Shown here piece after piece: positions 1 through 13,649 of a stretch of DNA of 64,000 nt (positions within the stretch are counted from its first letter, which is position 1; each line of letters opens with the position of its first letter). This DNA comes from Chiloscyllium plagiosum (taxonomy: Eukaryota). The translations under genes were made by a program, and so were the position numbers. The stretch lies in the NCBI RefSeq assembly GCF_004010195.1, contig NC_057718.1:24066605-24130604 (forward strand), given 5' to 3'. The notes beneath the pieces were generated by a model. That model ran no database searches and was not told the origin of the DNA. It worked only from the letters and a program-made list of their open reading frames with translations.

Positions 1-234
1 CATGGATTTGAGAATTGGCTTTTGGTACACCTGGTCATGCGCAACTTGATCTCCATACCAAGAAACACAGGCAAAAGTGGAAGAATTAAATGTGGATATG
101 AGCAGGGAGCCACCGCTTTGGTCCGTGATCTCAATCCACATCGAGTTTAAATCAAAAACCTTAGTTAGCAGAAGTTATTTATCTGCTCTAGAGTGGAAAG
201 ACATAGTGTGATTCAATGGTGTACTCAGAAACTA

Positions 235-720
235 AGGAAATAACAGGATTCGGCCATTTGGTCCTTCAAGCCTGTTCTGCTAATCGATGCAATGGTGGTT
301 TATTCGTCCAATTCAGAACTCTGTTCCCACTTTCTCCCCACACTCTTTTTGATCCAGTTAGCCCTAAGGACTATATGTAACTGCTTCTTGAAAATATTCA
401 GTGCCTTAGCTTTAACTCCTTTCTGTGGCAGAAAATTCCAAAGACTCTCCATGACTTGGGTGAAAAGATTTCTCCTCTTAGTCCTAAATTATCTTTTAAA
501 TAGACATACAAACCACCCTTCCTCTTCCTTCTCCCCTCATTCTTCCAAACTCTAGAGTATGTAGTTCTAACTAATCCAGCTCTCTTCACATGTCAGTTCT
601 GTCATCTCCGGTATCAGCCTGGTAAATCTTTGTTACAGTCCCTCTATAGGTAGAACATTCTTCCTCCGTGAACAATTGCGCCGATATCGTCTCATCAAGA
701 CTCTGAATAATTGCAGCAAG
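235..720 (-). mobile_element. CR1 LINE 3' fragment, decayed
   Basis: ggccatttggtccttcaagcctgttctgc tail and C-terminal ORF2-like segments resembling the other CR1 3' ends in the window (e.g. 38755-39135). Confidence 0.65.
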
Positions 721-3412
721 GCCCTTTCACTGCCAAACTATTTTAACTCTTAATATGTTCAGTAATTTTGAGCTTAAAATATAGATGATTGCAGTGTTTG
801 TTTTTAGATTAATGTAGGTGTCTTAATTGCTGGTAAGTAAAGATAGAATAGGTGGCCTTTTTTCTTAACTTATACACCAACCTCATGGATTTATTTGATA
901 ATGAAACCGATAAAGGCGTACTAAGTAAATCACTAATGGGAGAGATGCAAGACCAGAGAAAGGTTAACTCTAATCTCTGATAGGATTGCCAATGAAGTTC
1001 TAGCAGAAATATTAAAATGCGCCGATCAACTTAGATGGTTAAAAGAACTTAATTCTGATCTGAATACTAAAACCCGCAAATGCATTGAGAATCTATCTTG
1101 TCAGCAGATAATCTAATTCTTTTATAGCAGCTGATGACGCATCCATTTGATAGTTGAAGTCTTGATGTTCAATAATGTTGTGTTTAGTGGTTGAAAGCTT
1201 TCCTTTTGTTTCATGAAACAAAATCAAACTTACACAAGTGAGGTGTTGATGGTGTGGTCTTGAAATACTGTATTACAGTTAGTAATTTCTGCTATCAGTT
1301 GTATTTGTTACCTGTCCATCTTCCCACTTGATGGTTCTTTTTACCCCCACTTCTAGTGCTGTTTGTCTCCATTTACCTTTTTTAGTTTCTAAAATGCATT
1401 CACAAGATGTGGAAGGCCAACAATTATTGCACCCAAAACAAATCACTTATTCAATACCCAACAACAACTCTTGTATAGTACACAAACAGAATTTCTTTCC
1501 GTCTCTCAGGGTTAAAAGTAACTAAGATGTTTAATTCATAGATAGGAAAAATTGATAGCCTCAACATATTATCATATACCTGAACTTGAACTTAAAGGCA
1601 CATGGCTACAAGTAAGCTCTTCAGGGTTTCATCCCAACATTTCTAGCTAGAGACTAATACTACCTCCTTTCTTTTTAGGTTAATCTAGATTTATTATAAT
1701 CTGCCCTTCACAGGAGCACTGCTCTAAATTACTTTCCATTGCAGGGGCTTCACTGGACTGGCCAAAACAAAGTAAAACTGAAACAAAAACCTTTCTCTCT
1801 GATGTCTGGGTGTTCCTGTTAAACTCAAACTCTGGACTGGGAGATTATTTAACAGAACACACAGCAGAATGGTTCTGTCTGCTAAACTGTGCAATCATGA
1901 AGTAAACATACCCATTAGGCTGCTAAAGTAGTCTTCTGAAACTATTTTAAAATAAATCGTGGCTACAGAAATAGTTGCAAGTTAATTAATGTCAGGCACA
2001 CACAAAACCCATATGTTTCTAACTCTTAGTTCAAACCCAAATGTAAAATAAAATCTATAAAAACAAAAATCAGACAATTTGTCATATGAATTACAGGCAT
2101 ATATAGCAAAAGGAAAGGCTAAGGAATTGGGGGCATAGCTGATTACTGATTTCAGGCAATATAATGAATTAATGGCCCCTAGATATTTTGATAAACAAGC
2201 CATTGAAATTCATGCATGAGGAATGGACCAAATGAATGGAAACTTCATGACTTGTAACCCACAGGGTAAATAAGTTCACCCACAATTTTGCATTTGTGTA
2301 AATGGATGAGAAATTCATAGCGATGAATTGACAATGCAGCAAACCTTCATGTGGGTACTTATTGCAAAAAAATTTAAATGGTGGAAGGGTGTGCCAGGCT
2401 TGTTAACCTCCTCTGCACTAAATTTTACAACATAACCCTGTGGTAACTCTAGTTGTTCAATTTGTACTTTTCTGCCACTCCCTTTAAATTCACACTGTCA
2501 TTTTGAATTTCTTCCAATTCAATGCGTTACATAACCTACAAATGACTATCCGCTGATGTTTTCTCGGTGTTGTCGTCCACTAAGTACTGAGTGAAGTATT
2601 AGGCAGTTAGTGGGAGGCAGGCGACTCTGTTTGTTTTAATGTTGTCCAAGTGTTTGAATTATTAGTCAGGAGACTTTGGAAGAATTTACATAAGTTTGTT
2701 TTCAAGTCTGCGCGTGCATTTTACTTCTGCTTGCGTTGACCAGCCTGCATCTTGCCTCAAGAGTCTTACTCCAGGAATCATTTAATATATAGGGCAGTAT
2801 TCAAGAAATTGTTCTGATGTGTGGCCACAAAAAACGAGAACAAGCTTTGCATTAATATTTGGCTGGGTAAGTTATTCTTATTGTGTTAGGGCTACCTAAT
2901 TATTGCTATCAATATCTCAGACTATATAAGTGTAGGTAATGCCTGAAAATATCTAGTTATAAGTTTAATTGTAAAAAATGAGTGACAGAATGATTAAAAC
3001 TATACCACAGCACTATCCCAGAAAAAAGATTCAAGTCTAGATATTTAATTTGTACGGAGATGGTTTGAGAAGCAGTTGAATGAAATGCTGATGCAATTCT
3101 GTCTTGTTGGTAACATGGTTTAGCAGTGAAGATTAGTTTCAAGAATTTGAAAGTTGCCCTTTAATAGCAAGGACACTGATAAAATTAATTGATTTGTGTG
3201 TAGCTTCTTTAATAGTTCAGAGTTTGAGTATTGCTGAAAAGGGGCATTGTGGTGAAGCTTTTTGACTTGCACTCATCAGGAGTGAAGGAAAAATGGAAGT
3301 CGTACTGAGAAGAGAGTGCTGATTGGCAAGTGAACTCTGATTTGTGCAGTTGTCATTAGAAAATGAATCAATTAATAATATTGACAGTTAACTGCCAAGC
3401 ATAGGAATTAGT

Positions 3413-3723
3413 GGGCGGCATGGTGGCACAGTGGTTAGCACTGCTGCCTCACAGCGCCAGAGACCTGGGTTTAATTCCCGACTCAGGCGACTGACTGACT
3501 GTGTGGAGTTTGCACATTCTCCCCGTGTCTGCGTGGGTTTCCTCCGGGTGCTCCGGTTTCCTCCCACAGTCCAAAGATGTGCGGGTCAGGTGAATTGGCC
3601 ATGCTAAATTGCCCATAGTGTTAGGTTAAAGGGGTAAATGTATGGGTGGGTTGCGCGTCGGTGTGGACTTGTTGGGCCGAAGGGCCTGTTTCCACACTGT
3701 AAGTAATCTAATCTAATCTAATC
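3413..3723 (+). mobile_element. Full-length HE1-like (V-SINE) tRNA-derived SINE
   Basis: tRNA head with A box (TGGCACAGTGG) and a B-box-like GGTTTAATTCC; V-domain GTGTGGAGTTTGCACATTCTCCCCGTGTCTGCGTGGGTTTCCTCCGGGTGCTCCGGTTTCCTCCCAC; CR1-type tail GGGCCGAAGGGCCTGTTTCC; (TAATC)n terminus. Confidence 0.9.
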
Positions 3724-5779
3724 ATTTTAAAAATTTTAGGCAAGGAAGATTGACTGTTGTTAAGGTGTTGCCTGAAAAACAAGGCAGAGAATGCTTGTCA
3801 TCCATTTTATCAGTCAGTGATTGGTTGGCAAGCAAAATATAATTTTCTTAGCCCCATTAGAAGCTATTTAATTTTCAGATTAACTTAATCAGGATTGAAG
3901 TTCGGTGATAAATTTGGAGACCTTTCATTGTTCCACTTTTGTTATATTCTGCAATTAGTTAATATAGTGCAGATATTGATCGGCTTGTGTATAGGAATTA
4001 GTTTCGTGTAAACGTAAGTTTTGAGGAGCACTCTTTAGTGTGAAACTGCACAATTGGCAAGGTCAGTAATTTCTTTGTCATTGAAAAGTGAAGAGAATTC
4101 AAAATATGATTCCCGATATTCAGCAAAATAGTTAATCAGCTGCCATAAGCTAATCAGCCAAATGATAAATAGATGAAGTGTTAGAAAGCAATTCTCAGAA
4201 GACTCAAAATCCAAGATCCCCATGCAAGTGAAAAGTAACCCCAGCTAGGACCTTCAAAATGCTGCTGCCTGTAGTGTCAGAGCTAATTCCTTCTTTGTTT
4301 CATTTTGTTTTGCAATGTTCTTAAAGTTATGTGACATAATACTCCTTCACAAATTCTGCATAAGGCTTGAACAATCCATAGAACAGAAATGATTGCATGA
4401 CAACTAATATGTTGAGCACTACAGCTATAACAACTGCTGCAACCCCCTCAACTGGGATAGCATGCGGGAATTCAAGCCCTGTGATCCCTGGAGTAGCTGT
4501 CAGGAAAGTGTGCAAAATTCCCCAACTTAGCTGAATTTTAGACCAGGGTTAACAAAGCATGGAGCAGGTTTCTGCACTTAACAAAAATGACTATTTAATG
4601 CAAGCAAATTGATTCTCGTTCCAGGTAAACTATAAGTGTGAACATAAACTCTACTGTTAAAACTTGTAACTCCCTTTAATAAAAATCTCCACATACGTAA
4701 GACAGACACTGCCAAAACAAAAGTGTAATGGCAGAAGGAAATCTGGGTTGGCATTTCAATAGCCCCTGTCCACAGGATTTGCTGAGGTAATTCTTTTGAC
4801 TTGCCAGGACTTGCACCTCAATCCGTCTTCAGTTATTTTCGATTGCTTACAGAAAACACAGCAAACTGCTGTTCACAACCTAAGCTCTCTGATTTATTAG
4901 TTAAAGCTATAGCTCATAGTAGCTGTTAAGAGGGGAATAAAGAAACTGGCTGCTTTGATTTCTAGGTTTTGCTTCCTACAGAAAGGCTGACAGACATCAC
5001 CTGTCTTCCCACAGTTCCAAAGGCTTCTGCCCCTATCACTGCACCCAAAAGCTATTTATCTGTTGGGGAGCCAATCACATAGTTGTTAGCAGGCAGCCTT
5101 TGTCATCAACAACTGGTCACCACTCCACTCGACTGTTTTCAGCTGAATCTCTTCTTCATAAGCCCTGGTTCCAATTCGTCGGCAGCTAAACTTCTCATAC
5201 TCGTTGAACAAACAGAGTAAACAGTACTTTCAATAAGGGCTTATAACTTATTAAAAGTTCACCAATCCAGTGAGTTTGGTTCCACAAATTTGATTTTAAG
5301 CAGTCCTTACTCATTTCACTCCACAATATATTAAAAAAAACGGAAATAAAAAGGTATCTTTTATAATGTGCAAGAGGCAGAGCTGGAGACTGGGTTTAAC
5401 ATTTCAAGTTTCCAATGTTGGTCCCACCCACCATTCTGAGAACAGTTGGGAAACCTGTCCTGTTTCTATGGGAGGGAGTCTGACCAAATTCATCATTTGT
5501 CAGATATTCAGCATCAGACTGTCCCTGGGATTTAGTATCCCAGGGACCTAGCCCTTTGAAAACTACTAATCAATCACAGGGTTGCTAACTCTCCATTGCT
5601 GGCAGTGCGATGGGAGCAATACCTGCTGCCAGTAGAGTTGCAGAGACTTCACCAGTGATCATGGCTGGGTCCTTTGGATTCAGGTATTAAGGGCAGAGTG
5701 GGAGTAGTAAGAATATGTCAATGTGTGGGGCAGGATCAGATGCAAGGGGACAAAAGGGGAGATGGCTTTTTGAAACCTT

Positions 5780-6115
5780 TTTTGAAAAACAAATTCATGG
5801 AATGGGAGTGTAGTCAACATTGCCTTTCCCTGCTTGACCAAAGGGTAGCTGAGTCAGTCACATTGCTGTGGGCCTGAAGTCTCATGGAGCTGGATCAAGT
5901 AACGATAACAGATTTCCTTCTCTCACGGACCTTAAATCACGTGGGCTTTCATAACAATTGACAGTGGTTGTACATTCACCGGTAAGTCAGGTTTGTATTC
6001 CAAATGTTTGAATGCAGGAGTCACTGTCTGCCAATGGTGGGACCTGTACTCATGACTGAGGAACCTTAGCTTAAGCTGCTGCATTACTAGTCCAGTGATA
6101 TTACCACCATGCAAC
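5780..6115 (-). mobile_element. Decayed tRNA-derived SINE (same family as 24305-24657)
   Basis: Colinear similarity to 24305-24657 (gagtcagtcacattgctgtggg, cagatttccttc, tccagtgatattaccac). Confidence 0.6.
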
Positions 6116-8069
6116 CGCTTCCTCCTCCCTGGTATCATATCCTTCAAATTACCTGAGTGGTATTTTGACGTCCGACATACTGATAAGCTGTTGGTAAGCT
6201 CAGTTTGTTGGGTGACTTTGGGAGTAACTCCGTGACTCCCATTTAAATGCTGAGCCATCACTAAGTTCCAGTGGATGCTGATAATGAATTAACCAATTCT
6301 CATTCTGTCAAGAGTGGGTGAGTTTCCCACATGGACTGTTTCATGATGTGACCTTTCCCACAATTCATTGGGTCTAGCTGCCATGTTCCCCACCGCGATA
6401 GGCTGCAGTAAATTCTGCTGATGGAAGTTGTCAGCCAGTGGAAGAGGATAAATATTTTAAAATCTATACTTAGGGATGAGTCAGTGGAGATTTGAAGACT
6501 GAAGAGATAGGTAAATTAAGCATATGGTCTATTGTAACGAGCCAAATGTTTCTTTGGTTTGTGCTGGTGTGAGTTTGGGAGCAGATAAAGCTTAAGGTTA
6601 CTAATGTGTGGAGAAGTGTTTTTCAGCAGGATGAAGTAAAGGCAGATTGTGTGCTCATGGATATACATGGTCTTGGTATTGGATAATGTGTTGTCTGTAG
6701 TTCAGTTTGGAGTCCGATGAGACATAAAGATAGCGCACAACTTGGTTCAGAATAGCACCAGTAGCATTAATGTTACAAGTTGTGGCTGATCCAAGGCAAC
6801 TGACCAATCATAAGTTGGGAGGAGGCATGTGTGTCTTTTGAAAGCAGGCATGAACCTTTTTTAGCTTCTTGGTTGCTTTTTGTATAGTGAATATCCAGGA
6901 AGTCCATGTTAATCAAGATCTGCTGCCCAATTGCATTTTGGAATTGCCCTAAGGTATAGAAGCAGAAGTAGGCTATTCAGTCCATTGGCTCTGTTGCATC
7001 ATTCAGTGAGATCCTGGTTGAATGCCTTGTGTGGCCTGGTATCACCTTGTGCAACAATGTAACCCAAAAAGCAAAGCAGTGCATGCTCTTTGTCTTATTT
7101 TTTAAAGGGCTTGCATGTTCATGCAATATTTCAGTTGATGGGCCTTGAATATTTGGGGTATCTCACTGGGGTAGTACATAGGTGAATGAGCCCTGCTGTG
7201 TCTAGAGTTGTCACAAAAGTTAAATATTTGATCAAATCATGCAGAGTTATGTTATTTTTGACCCAGGTTGACAGTACTGACGAGGTTTCTCTTCTTAACA
7301 AGAATGATTGACGATTATAAATAAACATATTCTAGTTGAAGGTGAACAATTGTAAACTGTCGACATGTAACTACTTGAGTAAGTAGCTGTGTAAACAGCA
7401 CTTAGAATGATTGTCAGTAGCCAGCTTTTGAAACCCTTTCACGACCCTCAGTATTTTTTTCCCATTTCAGTCCACAATCAAAAATACTGAATCATAAAAC
7501 AATACTGGAGAAAATGAGCAGAAACCGGTATATTTTTTTCCTGTGACTGAACAATAGCACAAAGTTTTGATCTTGCCCTATAGAACAAAACAAACCAAAG
7601 GCTCTGCTATCTGAGCAGTAGTCAAACTCATATTTTTTGTTTTTGTTCCTATTTTAGCTGGGGAAAAACAAGCTGTGGTCTTTTTAATTTCTATCTTGGA
7701 TCATGTTGTTTTTATTCAGGCTGAATAATCCAGAGTAAGATATTTTCCCCTTCTTAATTCTAGCTCAGGGAGTTGAAATCTTGCTGACTGTCGTAGCCTC
7801 TGCTGAACTTGAATTAAGTCTTAACTGGAATAAGCAGCAGCGCACGTTGAAACATGCAAACTAACATTTCCTTCCGAACATGCCAGTTCAGACAATCCAT
7901 CTGACTTTTAATTCTTTTTTTTTCTGAATTCTGCTGTCCTGTACATTTCATGCAATGACAGACGAGTGTTATTCGATTTGTCACATTTTTTGTAACCGTG
8001 TTCTTTCATTGGATGTGCTCATTGTTGACTAGGCATTCTTTATTGCATATCTTTAATTACCTTTGCATG

Positions 8070-8365
8070 AAGTGGCTTGCCACACCATTTCAGAGGGTAG
8101 TTAAGAGTCGACCATGTTGCTGTGGATTTGGATTTGCACATAAGCTAAGACCATGTAAGAATGGAAGATTTCCAGCATCAGAGGTGTTTTATAACTTTGT
8201 CACTAGCATTTAGATTGTCTTCTCTATTCTAGATTTTTGTTTTTTGTTGATTTGAATTCAAATTTCACCAGCTGTTCTGGTGGGATTCAAACTTTGGTCT
8301 CCCAGACTGTAAACCCGAACCCCTCTCTGTATTATTAATCGAGTGATGTGGCTCCTATTCCACCC
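8070..8365 (-). mobile_element. Decayed tRNA-derived SINE (same family as 24305-24657)
   Basis: gttaagagtcgaccatgttgctgtgg, tttgaattcaaatttcaccagctg and gggattcaaact segments are colinear with the 24.3-24.7 kb copy. Confidence 0.6.
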
Positions 8366-9040
8366 CAGGATGAGACCAAGGACCCTCTGCTGAGTCAAAC
8401 CCTGCAACTTGACATTTTGTAATTTGTTCCTTTTTCTAATTTCCCGAGATCTGTAGAGCACATCAGAATGAATGTTTTGACAACACTGTCAGGTTGAGAA
8501 AGGTTGCAATTACAAGTTGCTGCCTTGCGTTTCCATTTGGATGAAGCGTTTTGCCAGGGCAATTTGCCTTAAATCACAAAAATAATGTGAATATAGCCAG
8601 AGAATATGATTAAAGCAGTAAAGGTTATTATGTTTGTGCTTGAAACTGGTATATGCTTCAGAATGAATCAATTGGCTCCAAATGAATGGTCACATTTTGT
8701 TGGTGAATATTTAAAAATATAATGAAATGGCCTATTATACATAGTTCAGAAGAGTTTGTTTTATTTTAAAATATGACTGCTCGGGTGTTTAATGTGATAA
8801 AGATTGAAGAGTTGAGATTTGTAATAAACTCATTTTCAATAGCATTCCTCAAACAATGGCGACTGCTACTTGAAGCTGCTTTGAGCACTAGGTCTGCTGT
8901 CACAGTATGACCCATTCACCTGTCATGTGCCAAACTGACTGTCCATCTGTAAAACCTCTGTGTCGGCCATTGTGTCATGTGATTCTCCCAAATCATGATT
9001 CTCTAACTGCTTCTACAACTGACATCAGTATGAGATAAGT

Positions 9041-9083
9041 TCAAAGTTTGTGAGAAGATTTGTAGCTCGGGTGCTCGTTGCTG
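9041..9083 (-). mobile_element. 43-bp Penelope-like terminal fragment flanked by a 26-bp direct repeat
   Basis: ACAACTGACATCAGTATGAGATAAGT occurs at 9015-9040 and 9084-9109. The insert caaagtttgtgagaagatttgtagctcgggtgctcgttg resembles a shark Penelope terminus (recall). Confidence 0.6.
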
Positions 9084-9377
9084 ACAACTGACATCAGTAT
9101 GAGATAAGTCTCCAGTCTAGACTGAGTATGAGAAGTGACATTACAGACTAGACATTAGAAAGATTTATCTGTTAACCTAATGTATAGATGAGGAGTAGTT
9201 AATAGTAGGAGTTTGATTCTTGAATTGAAATAAGGTGCAAGCAGCCTTGGGGACTGGGGAATATCTCCAGCTGAGGACGTCTGTACATACAGATTAGAAT
9301 TTCAGTGTGCAGGTAGCAATATTGGCTTAAAGCAATATCCATCATCCAATGTGGCAAAGTTGACTCCTCATTTTCTG

Positions 9378-9507
9378 GGAGAAAGTGAGGACTGCAGATG
9401 CTGAAGGTCAGAGTCGAGAGTGTGGTGCTGGAAAAGCACAGCCGGTCAGGCAGGATCTGAGGAGCAGGAAAATTGACATTTCAGGCATTAGACCTTCATT
9501 GGGAATG
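9378..9507 (-). mobile_element. Short Penelope-derived terminal-repeat element with a decayed hammerhead-like core
   Basis: Reverse complement matches 39981-40071 and 61803-61892 (ctccagcatctgcagtcctcac...ttctcc; cttttccagca). Confidence 0.75.
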
Positions 9508-10479
9508 ACCCTTACCTCTCCCTCTTGAGATCTCTGTAGCGTTTCAGCTCTGATCAAATAGGTGAACACTTTTGTTTTTTGGATGTCATTATTTTTTAAA
9601 AGTTCTTTGTCTTCTTGCAATTTCAAGTACCTCTTCATTTGTCTTATCTTTATATCAAATATTCAGCAGACCTCTTTGATCCCACGTTTCAAAGACCTCT
9701 TTAATACGTACCTTTCTTTATTATCCAGTTTTGAGATGTACAGGAAAGTGAATAGAATGTATCACTAGATTTTTTGTTTCCTTGTTACTTCTTAACACAT
9801 ACTTCTGCCTATTTTATTTCTCCTTCTGACTTCAGCATCACATCTGTCATCTGTTCTCATTTATCCTAAGTAGACACTTAAGTATGCACTTATCTCCTTG
9901 TCCAGGGTAACTTCACTCAACATTCTCTTTTTAATTTATGCATTCTGTCTACCATTCTATTTTTGATCATGCACAGTTCATATTCAAAATTGCTAGTTTT
10001 AAAACATTACATTGAAGGACAACTACTGATTCTGCAAGTCAACTTGTTCTTTGTTGCAATAGGTTTTGCCTCCAAATTTAAACCTGGAGGTGCATCTAAT
10101 TCTCCGTACATGGGTTGAACAATTTTGGTGACTCTACATACTCCTTGTCATATTCTTCTTTTCACTTGAAACACATCTAATTCTTCATCAAATATAATGC
10201 TCACGACCTGATCCCATTATAGTCTCTGGATTAAATGTTACAATCATAATCATTACTGTCAATATCACAATTCAGATTGTCTATTAGATTTTGGTGATTA
10301 ACACATTCAAATAAAGAATTGTGTGCAGATAAGCAAAAGAGAAATAGTTTCATGGGATGTGATGAAGTACTAGAGCTGGAAAGAAATCACAGAGTTGCTC
10401 AACAGAAGGTGGAATCTTTTGACAGATAAAAATTGCAGGAATAGCAAGAGATTTAAAACTAACCAAGATGGTGAAATAT

Positions 10480-10950
10480 TGTTAGAAAGGAATGCTCTGG
10501 AGAAGGTGTGGAAGGGAATCCACAGGATATTGCCTGGGATGAAAAGTCTCTTATATCGGAGGAACTGGATAGGTTGGGTTTGTCTTCCTTCGAGACAGTG
10601 GATCAGTGTGCAGTGTGGATCAGATTGAGATTGAGAGGCACAGACAGGGTAGGTAATGAGAATTCTTTCCTTTTGGCAGGCATGTCCAATATATGTTTAA
10701 GGTGAGGAGTAAGTGATTTAGAGAAAATTGGAAATGTTTTTGTTCTGGGTGGTAGACAGATGGAATGTGCTGCCTGAGAAGGTAGTGGAGACAGGTATAT
10801 TTTAAGAAACATCTGGTTGAGTACTTAAAATGTCAGGGCATAGGCTATGGACCAAGTGCAGGTGAATGGAATTAGTATAGTTTGGTGTTTGCACAGCACA
10901 AGCATGTTGGACTCAAAGGTCTGTTTCTGTTCCATGTGATGTGATGTGAT
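10480..10950 (+). mobile_element. CR1 LINE 3' fragment
   Basis: ALEKVWKGIHRILPGMKSL and EELDRLGLSSFE resemble the CR1 ORF2 C-terminus; ends in (GTGAT)n. Confidence 0.7.
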
Positions 10951-10967
10951 TCTGTGCAATTTTCTTA

Positions 10968-11268
10968 TAGATTAGATTAGATATCCTAAAGTCGGGAAAC
11001 AGGCCCTTTTGGCCCAAGTCCACACTGACCCTCTGAAGAACCACCCACGCCCAGACCATTCCCCCACCTTATATTTACCCCTGACTAATGCAACTAACAC
11101 TATGGGCAATTTAGCATGGCCACATCTTTGGATTGTGGGAGGAAACCAGAACACCTGGAGGAAACCCATGCAGACACGGGGAGAATGTGCAAACTCCACA
11201 CAAACAGTCACCCGAGGCAGGAATCAAACCTGGGTCCCTGGCACTGAGGCAGCAAACCGTGCCACCCC
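10968..11268 (-). mobile_element. HE1-like V-SINE
   Basis: Reverse complement of the 3413-3723 type, with the (GATTA)n tail at the left end and V-domain ggggagaatgtgcaaactccacac. Confidence 0.88.
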
Positions 11269-11726
11269 ATGTATTCTCAATGATGTTAATTGAGGCAATC
11301 TTCAAGTTAGAGAGGCAAGTTATGGGTGAAACATTATGATGTCAGAGGAATGGATGGGTACTGGAAAAGCTTCAGACATAGTCTCCTCTTATTTTAACTA
11401 TCTAGAAACTCTGGAGAAGCAGTATGAGAAGTGACAATAGATGCATGATCAAATTTATACAAAGGCTGCATTCCCAGAGACTTGAGCCATTCATTATTCC
11501 TTGTTGCCCAAGAAATCTAATGAAATTAATGCTATTATTTCCAAAACTATACAAGGTCAATGCTCTCTTTAACCTGATGTTTCTTTGTCATGATTTTCAA
11601 ATTAGAAGCAGAAATTGGGATTTCGATATGAGGTGGGAACATAGAAGAAAAATTAATCTAAAGCAATTTTTTGATGACTATTCATTTGTATTTACATAGA
11701 CTCTTTAAAATAAACTCACATTCCTG

Positions 11727-11892
11727 GAGTCATAGTCACACAGTATGGAAATAGACCCTTTGGTCCAATCAGTCTGTGCTGATCATAATCCCAAACTAAA
11801 CTAGTTCCACTGCCTGCTCCTGGCCCATAGCCCTCCAAACCTTTCCTACTTCAAATCTATCCAAATGTCTTTTTAAACATTTTAAATGCACC
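11727..11892 (-). mobile_element. CR1 LINE extreme 3' end
   Basis: gagtcatagtcacacagtatggaaatagaccctttggtccaa...ctatccaaatgtctttttaaac, as in 50145-50575 and the reverse complement of 47362-47712. Confidence 0.7.
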
Positions 11893-13649
11893 AAGTTACC
11901 AATGTAACAAGGCAATTTTTTTTTAAAGCATTTTTTTTACTTTAGAATAAGTTGTAAAATGCTGCCTTATTTCATTGTTTCATGGTTGGCTTGGTGTTCA
12001 CTGATAGACATGTATGTTTGAATGGGGACTGACGGAAGCAGAGACTTAAGATTTGTGGGTGTTTTCTGATCAGTGTATGTTCCCTGAGGGCCTAGCAGGG
12101 CTGAGTACTCCCCTGCTGTTTCTGCTATATTTCAACTATTTTGATATGCTTGGATGTATGAGATGTCATGAATAGGTTTGCAGATAATATACAAACTAGC
12201 TGAGTGGCTGATGATGGAAAAGAGATGTCTATGGACTAGTGGTGGGTGGAACAGTAGCAAATGGAGTTTGATCAAGTGAACCCTGAGATAACACGCAGGG
12301 TAAGCAAATAATTTGAGGATATTTCAGGATATTGAAGTTCAGAAAAATTTTAAACAGCATTGGCTAGTCAGACATTTTGGAATTCTGTTAGGGCACAAAG
12401 GGTGAGTTCTTTGTTGTGTTTGATTGCTATAAAACAGAATGCACTTGATGTGAGTTATGTAACCAGTTGAAAAGCTACCTTTCAATGAAAAGATATTTAA
12501 AACGTTTTGCTGGACTTTTCATTGAGAAAAGAACATTGCATTTTTATTAGAATACAAGCTGGTCCAGTGGTTAGCGTGGTTGCCCCAAAAGTTGTAAGTT
12601 GGAAAATGAATTTAAAAATATCCATTTATTTCTGGGCTAGTCATGGTGTGGTCTGTTACAAAAACCTATTTTATGACTAATGACTCCTGGTGTAGGGTGT
12701 GTGGTCTCACCTGCATGTGACCCCAGTCATACTCTAACTCTTCATACCCTAACTCATTGTTTATTGGATAATCACTGTGACCAGGCTATTATGCAGTGGC
12801 TTTTTAATAATGACCATAATACACTATTATCAATGTCACCCACGCTTCAAGAATAAACTTCAAGCCAAGTGCCTCACTGATGCAAAAATAAATTGGTTAT
12901 CATGGAATAATGAAATTTTCTCTTGCAGCAAGGAAAGAAGCTCAAATAATAAAAGAAAAACTATTTCTATGATTTATTAAGGATAGTTAGCTAGTGCATC
13001 CATCTAACAAGAACAGACCAGATTATATCTATTGATGAATAACAAGTCTGAATTACGTAACGATCTGACAGTAACCAAATGTTTGCAAATCATAGCATTA
13101 GTATGGTTGAAGTTTAAATTAATTCTGAGGGGAAGGAGAGTCACAAATTAAAGTTTTACGTTTAAGCAAAGCAGCCATTGAATGAATGGATGGTTAATGA
13201 ATTGGTCACAATAAACTGGGTTGAATTGTTCCTGAGTTAATCTACAGGTAAATAATGGGAAATATGTAAAAAAATTAATTGGCACAATGTGAAAATGTTG
13301 CATATGCAAAAGAAAAATGTTCCAGCTGAATCGCAAGCAACAAACCAGGTAAGATCCAGTGTAAGCTTAAAACCTTTGTGCTGTAAAACTCTGACTCTCG
13401 ATGGGAAGTTGAACCCAGGCCTCCTGGTTCAGAGGTATGGATACTAACACTGTACTTCAAGAGTAAATTTGTTTCATTAGCTTTAATGGTTAAAGAAAAG
13501 GGGAAAATAGCAGTAACGCATAAAAGTTTTTTTTGTAAAAACTAGAACCTACTGGATTTAACTGTAAAAATGCAGGAAAGAATTGTGACTTGAATAAGCA
13601 AGCTTAAATGAAAGGAAGAAAATCCATGCAAGTTTTGGCAGTCACTGTA

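Noticed and set aside
3413..3490. tRNA-like sequence (also at 46894 and ~24580-24657)
   Set aside because: These are SINE heads attached to SINE bodies, not tRNA genes.
7720..7734. 15-nt AG...GTAAGA microexon-like segment (GCTGAATAATCCAGA)
   Set aside because: Open only in phase 2, with stops in phases 0 and 1, which does not fit the phase-0 acceptor downstream; no other support.
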